A stretch of DNA of 64,000 nt from an uncultured Actinomycetota bacterium. GTDB lineage: Bacteria; Actinomycetota; Actinomycetes; Propionibacteriales; Nocardioidaceae. The notes under the pieces were generated by a model. That model made no database searches, was not told the DNA's origin, and saw only the letters and a list, made by a program, of their open reading frames with translations. The stretch spans positions 70,597 to 134,596 of the forward strand of contig CAWAGO010000007.1 in the NCBI GenBank assembly GCA_963781605.1, given 5' to 3'. Position numbers and translations under genes: made by a program. Positions 60,610 to 64,000 of the stretch are shown one piece after another. Position 1 is the stretch's first letter. Every line of letters starts with the position of its first letter.

Positions 60610-61584
60610 GTGAGCGTCGACGTCCACTGGCCAGCTGAGCTGGAGACCCTGTCCCGCGTCACGACCGCGGTCGGCGACAACGTTCAGAAAGTGATCGAGG
60701 GCAAGCCCGAGGTGGTGCGCGCCGCCCTCGTGGTGATGCTGGCCGAAGGTCACCTCCTCATCGAGGACGTGCCCGGGGTCGGCAAGACGATGTTGAGCAA
60801 GGCGCTGGCGCGAAGCATCGACTGCTCGGTGCGCCGTATCCAGTTCACCCCGGACCTGCTGCCCTCAGATGTCACCGGCGTCTCGATCTTCAATCAGAAC
60901 AGCCGCGACTTCGAGTTCCGCCCCGGCGGCATCTTCGCCAACATCGTCGTCGGCGACGAGATCAACCGCGCCTCGCCCAAGACGCAGTCGGCGCTGTTGG
61001 AGTGCATGGAGGAACGCCAGGTCACCGTCGACGGCACCACCTATCACCTCGAGACACCCTTCATGGTGATCGCCACCCAGAACCCGATCGAGATGGAAGG
61101 CACCTACGCGCTCCCCGAGGCACAGCGGGACCGGTTCATGGCACGGGTGTCGGTCGGCTATCCCGTCGAGAGTGCCGAGATCGCGATGCTGGCCTCGCAC
61201 ACGGCCAAGAACCCGCTCGACGACTTGGAGCCGGTGACCGACGCCGCGGAGATCCGCAAGCTGATCGGCACCGTGAGCGGCATCTTCGTCGCACCCGCCA
61301 TCCAGCGGTATGCCGTCGAGATCACCACCGCGACCCGTGGCTCCAACGAGTTGAGCCTAGGCGCCTCTCCGCGGGCGACGTTGCACCTGGTGCGGGCGGC
61401 CCAGGCCGCGGCCGCGATGGCCGGCCGCGACTACGTCATTCCCGATGACCTGTCGGGGTTGGCGGTCTCGGTGCTCGCCCACCGGCTGCTGCCCAGCGCG
61501 GACGCAGCGATGCGCGGGCGCAGCACCTCGACGATCGTCGACACGCTGGTGGCAGGGATTCCGGTTCCCGACGGCCGCGGCTGA
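60610..61584 (+). CDS. MoxR-family AAA+ ATPase
   Basis: EDVPGVGKT, RIQFTPDLLPSD, DEINRA, TQSALLE, LPEAQRDRF; AAGGA SD before GTG 60610. Confidence 0.96.
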   Translation: MSVDVHWPAELETLSRVTTAVGDNVQKVIEGKPEVVRAALVVMLAEGHLLIEDVPGVGKTMLSKALARSIDCSVRRIQFTPDLLPSDVTGVSIFNQNSRDFEFRPGGIFANIVVGDEINRASPKTQSALLECMEERQVTVDGTTYHLETPFMVIATQNPIEMEGTYALPEAQRDRFMARVSVGYPVESAEIAMLASHTAKNPLDDLEPVTDAAEIRKLIGTVSGIFVAPAIQRYAVEITTATRGSNELSLGASPRATLHLVRAAQAAAAMAGRDYVIPDDLSGLAVSVLAHRLLPSADAAMRGRSTSTIVDTLVAGIPVPDGRG

Positions 61585-61588
61585 CCCG

Positions 61589-62851
61589 ATGAAACGCAGC
61601 CATGCCCTGCGGACGGCTCTGGGGTCACTGACGACGAGGGGCCGGGCCTTCGTCGCTGCGGGGTTCACCGCGATCGGTTGCGCGGTGGTCCTTGGCCAAC
61701 CGGCTCTCACTCGGGTGGGGGTGCTGATGGCGGTGATCCCGGTTCTCGGAGCCATCGTCGTCTCGCGCCACCGCTACCGGCTGGCGCTGGTGCGCACCGT
61801 GGCGCCGCAACTGGTCCAGGTCGGGCAGCCGGTGCACGTCGAGCTCAGTCTCGGCAACGAAGGCTCGCGCGCCCAGGGCGTCCTCCTGCTGGAGGAGCAA
61901 CTCCCCTACGCGCTCGGCTCCCGACCACGCTTCGTCCTCGATCCGCAACCCGACCGCCGACACCGGGTGACCTACACCGTGAGCTCGGAACTGCGCGGTC
62001 GCTTCGAACTGGGGCCCCTCAGCGTGCGCCAAACCGACCCGTTCGGCATGGTCGAGCTCGGTCGCAGCTTCCAAACCACCTCGGCGATGACGGTGACGCC
62101 ACGGATCGTGCCGCTTCCACCGGTCTCGTTCGGAGGCGTCTGGTCGGGGTCGGGCGACAACCGCCCACGAGCCTCGTCCACCGGCAGCGCCGAAGACGTC
62201 ACCGTTCGTGAGTACCGCCGTGGCGACGACCTGCGCCGTGTCCACTGGCGTAGCTCCGCACGCGTCGGTGAGCTCATGGTGCGCCGTGAGGAGCAGCCCT
62301 GGCAGTCGCGGGCCACCTTGGTTCTGGACAACAGAGCCAGTGCGCACCGAGGCGTCGGCGCCGCTTCGTCCCTGGAGGCCGCCGTGACCGCGGCCGCAAG
62401 CATCGCCGTCCATCTGAGTCGGCGTGGCTTCCTCGTCCGGCTGGTGACCGCCAGTGGCGACTCGCCGGCCGCTCTCTGGCATGCCCGTGACGACGAGTCC
62501 AACACCGGCGCGTTGCTCGAGGCACTGGCCGTGCTCGCTGCCTCACCGCAGGTCAGCCTCGATGCAGGGTGGGTGGCTGACGGCGGCCACGGCGGTCTGC
62601 TCATCGCGATCCTGGGCGCCATCGGCGACACCGACACGATTCCGCTGCGCCGGATCCGATCGGCGTCCCCCACAGCGCTGGCGCTGACCCTCGATGTCAC
62701 CCGCTGGTCGCCGACGGGGTCGCCGGCGTTGGATCCGACGAGTCTGCTGACGCCTCAAGGTTGGCGGGTCAGCAGATGGGGCCCTGGGGAACCGCTCGAG
62801 ACACCATGGCGCGGCCTCGGACAATCCTCACGCTCCGCGGTGACGGCGTGA
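61589..62851 (+). CDS. DUF58 domain protein
   Basis: N-terminal TM pair, RG.FELGP..V..TDPFG, VREYRRGDDLRRVHWRSSAR, LVLD. Confidence 0.92.
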   Translation: MKRSHALRTALGSLTTRGRAFVAAGFTAIGCAVVLGQPALTRVGVLMAVIPVLGAIVVSRHRYRLALVRTVAPQLVQVGQPVHVELSLGNEGSRAQGVLLLEEQLPYALGSRPRFVLDPQPDRRHRVTYTVSSELRGRFELGPLSVRQTDPFGMVELGRSFQTTSAMTVTPRIVPLPPVSFGGVWSGSGDNRPRASSTGSAEDVTVREYRRGDDLRRVHWRSSARVGELMVRREEQPWQSRATLVLDNRASAHRGVGAASSLEAAVTAAASIAVHLSRRGFLVRLVTASGDSPAALWHARDDESNTGALLEALAVLAASPQVSLDAGWVADGGHGGLLIAILGAIGDTDTIPLRRIRSASPTALALTLDVTRWSPTGSPALDPTSLLTPQGWRVSRWGPGEPLETPWRGLGQSSRSAVTA

Positions 62852-64000
62852 GCGGCCCGGACATGGCTGCTCGGGCGACCGCTCTCGCCCTCGGCGCCAC
62901 GTGGCTGGCGACCTGGTCGTGGAGCGGTTTGACCGAGGCCGACAGCCGCTTCTTATTTCCCTTGCTAATGATCGCGGGCGTGGTGGGGGCGATCGGACTG
63001 GGTGGCCGCCGATTCGGCTATCACGTCGTGGCGGTGGCGCTCGTTCAGATCGCCGCCAGCATCACCACGCTGACCCTGCTCTATGCCAGGTCGCTGCCTA
63101 CCCCCGACGGAGTAGCTGCGCTGCGCGAGATCCTCCAGCTGGCGATCGACTCGTCGCGGAGCTACGCGGCACCGGTCCCCGCCACCCAGGACCCCGGCGT
63201 GCATCCGCTGCTGCTCGCCGGTGGCGCCGCCTGCCTGATCGTCTCCGACACCATGATCTCGCTTCGCAAGCCGACGTTGGTCGGCCTCCCGATGCTGGCG
63301 GTCTACTCGATCGCGGTCAGTCTCCTCGGCACCGGGGTGGGCTGGCTGGTCTTCGCGATCCCTGCGGCCGCGTACCTCGCGCTCATCGCCGAGAGTGAGA
63401 ATCGGCAACTCAGCCACTGGGGTCGCCGGTTGGGGCCCCGCCGACGGCCTGCGGCCGTGCTCATCGGTGGCCTGGCGCTGGTGGCCACGCTCCTGCTTCC
63501 GGCCCTCGTGCCGGTCTTGCGTCTCGACGCGTTCGGGTTCGGCCGCGGCGAAGGCCAGGGCAACATCCAAGTCACCAACCCGATGACCGACCTGCGGCGC
63601 GACCTGGTGCGCGGCGAGGATCGGCCCGTGGTGTCGGTTTCCACGACCGATCCGGAACCGACCTATCTGCGCATCGCCGTGCTCAGCCGCTTCAATGGCG
63701 ATCAGTGGACCGCCGGGGACCGGGAGATCCCTGTCGAGCAGGGTGCCCGGGGCCCGCTGCCGCCGGTGAGCGGGCTTCGCCCGCAGGTCCCGCGCGGCGA
63801 GTTCAGCTACGACCTCCAGATCGACGACAGCTTCGAGTCTCGGTGGCTGCCGACCATGGCGCCGCTGGTGACCATCGACGCGCCCGGCGACTGGCGTTAC
63901 GACATCACCACCATGGACTTCGTGGCGGCCGGTGATGACCTGACGACCCAGGGCCTCGGCTATTCGATGACCGGAATCAAGCCGCGTCCGACGGCACAAC
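62848..64000 (+). CDS. Transglutaminase TgpA-family membrane protein (DUF3488-like N-terminus), 3' end truncated by the window edge
   Basis: GTGA overlap with the DUF58 stop; frame stays open to the window end; multiple TM helices, then NPMTDLRRDL and YLRIAVLSRFNGDQW; catalytic domain lies outside the window. Confidence 0.8.
   Translation, partial: MSGPDMAARATALALGATWLATWSWSGLTEADSRFLFPLLMIAGVVGAIGLGGRRFGYHVVAVALVQIAASITTLTLLYARSLPTPDGVAALREILQLAIDSSRSYAAPVPATQDPGVHPLLLAGGAACLIVSDTMISLRKPTLVGLPMLAVYSIAVSLLGTGVGWLVFAIPAAAYLALIAESENRQLSHWGRRLGPRRRPAAVLIGGLALVATLLLPALVPVLRLDAFGFGRGEGQGNIQVTNPMTDLRRDLVRGEDRPVVSVSTTDPEPTYLRIAVLSRFNGDQWTAGDREIPVEQGARGPLPPVSGLRPQVPRGEFSYDLQIDDSFESRWLPTMAPLVTIDAPGDWRYDITTMDFVAAGDDLTTQGLGYSMTGIKPRPTAQ

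Noticed and set aside
62965-63999. Minus-strand 344-aa ORF at the window end
   Set aside because: Shadow of the plus-strand transglutaminase-family gene, which the track omits because it has no stop inside the window

Overview
High-GC actinobacterial chromosomal window; the gene order suggests Nocardioidaceae (inference, no database search). Most of it is core genome on the minus strand: a partial tRNA-Leu(CAA), pyk, gltBD, a phosphoesterase, lgt, SCO, trpCBA and small membrane genes, hisI, a heterodimeric ABC exporter, hisF-priA, hisHBCD, LON-N/ybaK, DUF3352, dnaE, GNAT, RluA, lspA, DksA, divIVA-sepF-yggS-pgeF and the full dcw cluster from ftsZ to mraZ. A MoxR-DUF58-transglutaminase operon diverges from mraZ. 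The one clearly accessory block (~20.3-28.1 kb) splits the his cluster between hisH and priA. It holds a ~1400-aa SARP/BTAD-STAND-TM-WD40 gene broken by about nine single-base frameshifts, a divergent small secreted two-Cys protein with 11-bp-periodic direct repeats between the two, a membrane protein, and a DUF222/HNH gene behind a perfect LexA box. Elements missed by the ORF track are a 48-aa ORF and an mraW-type RNA between mraZ and rsmH, MraZ boxes on both sides of the mraZ/moxR intergenic region, and several perfect inverted repeats. trpE and yggT are absent from their usual positions. Single-base indels in the dksA and GNAT genes suggest that at least some frameshifts are sequencing or assembly errors.
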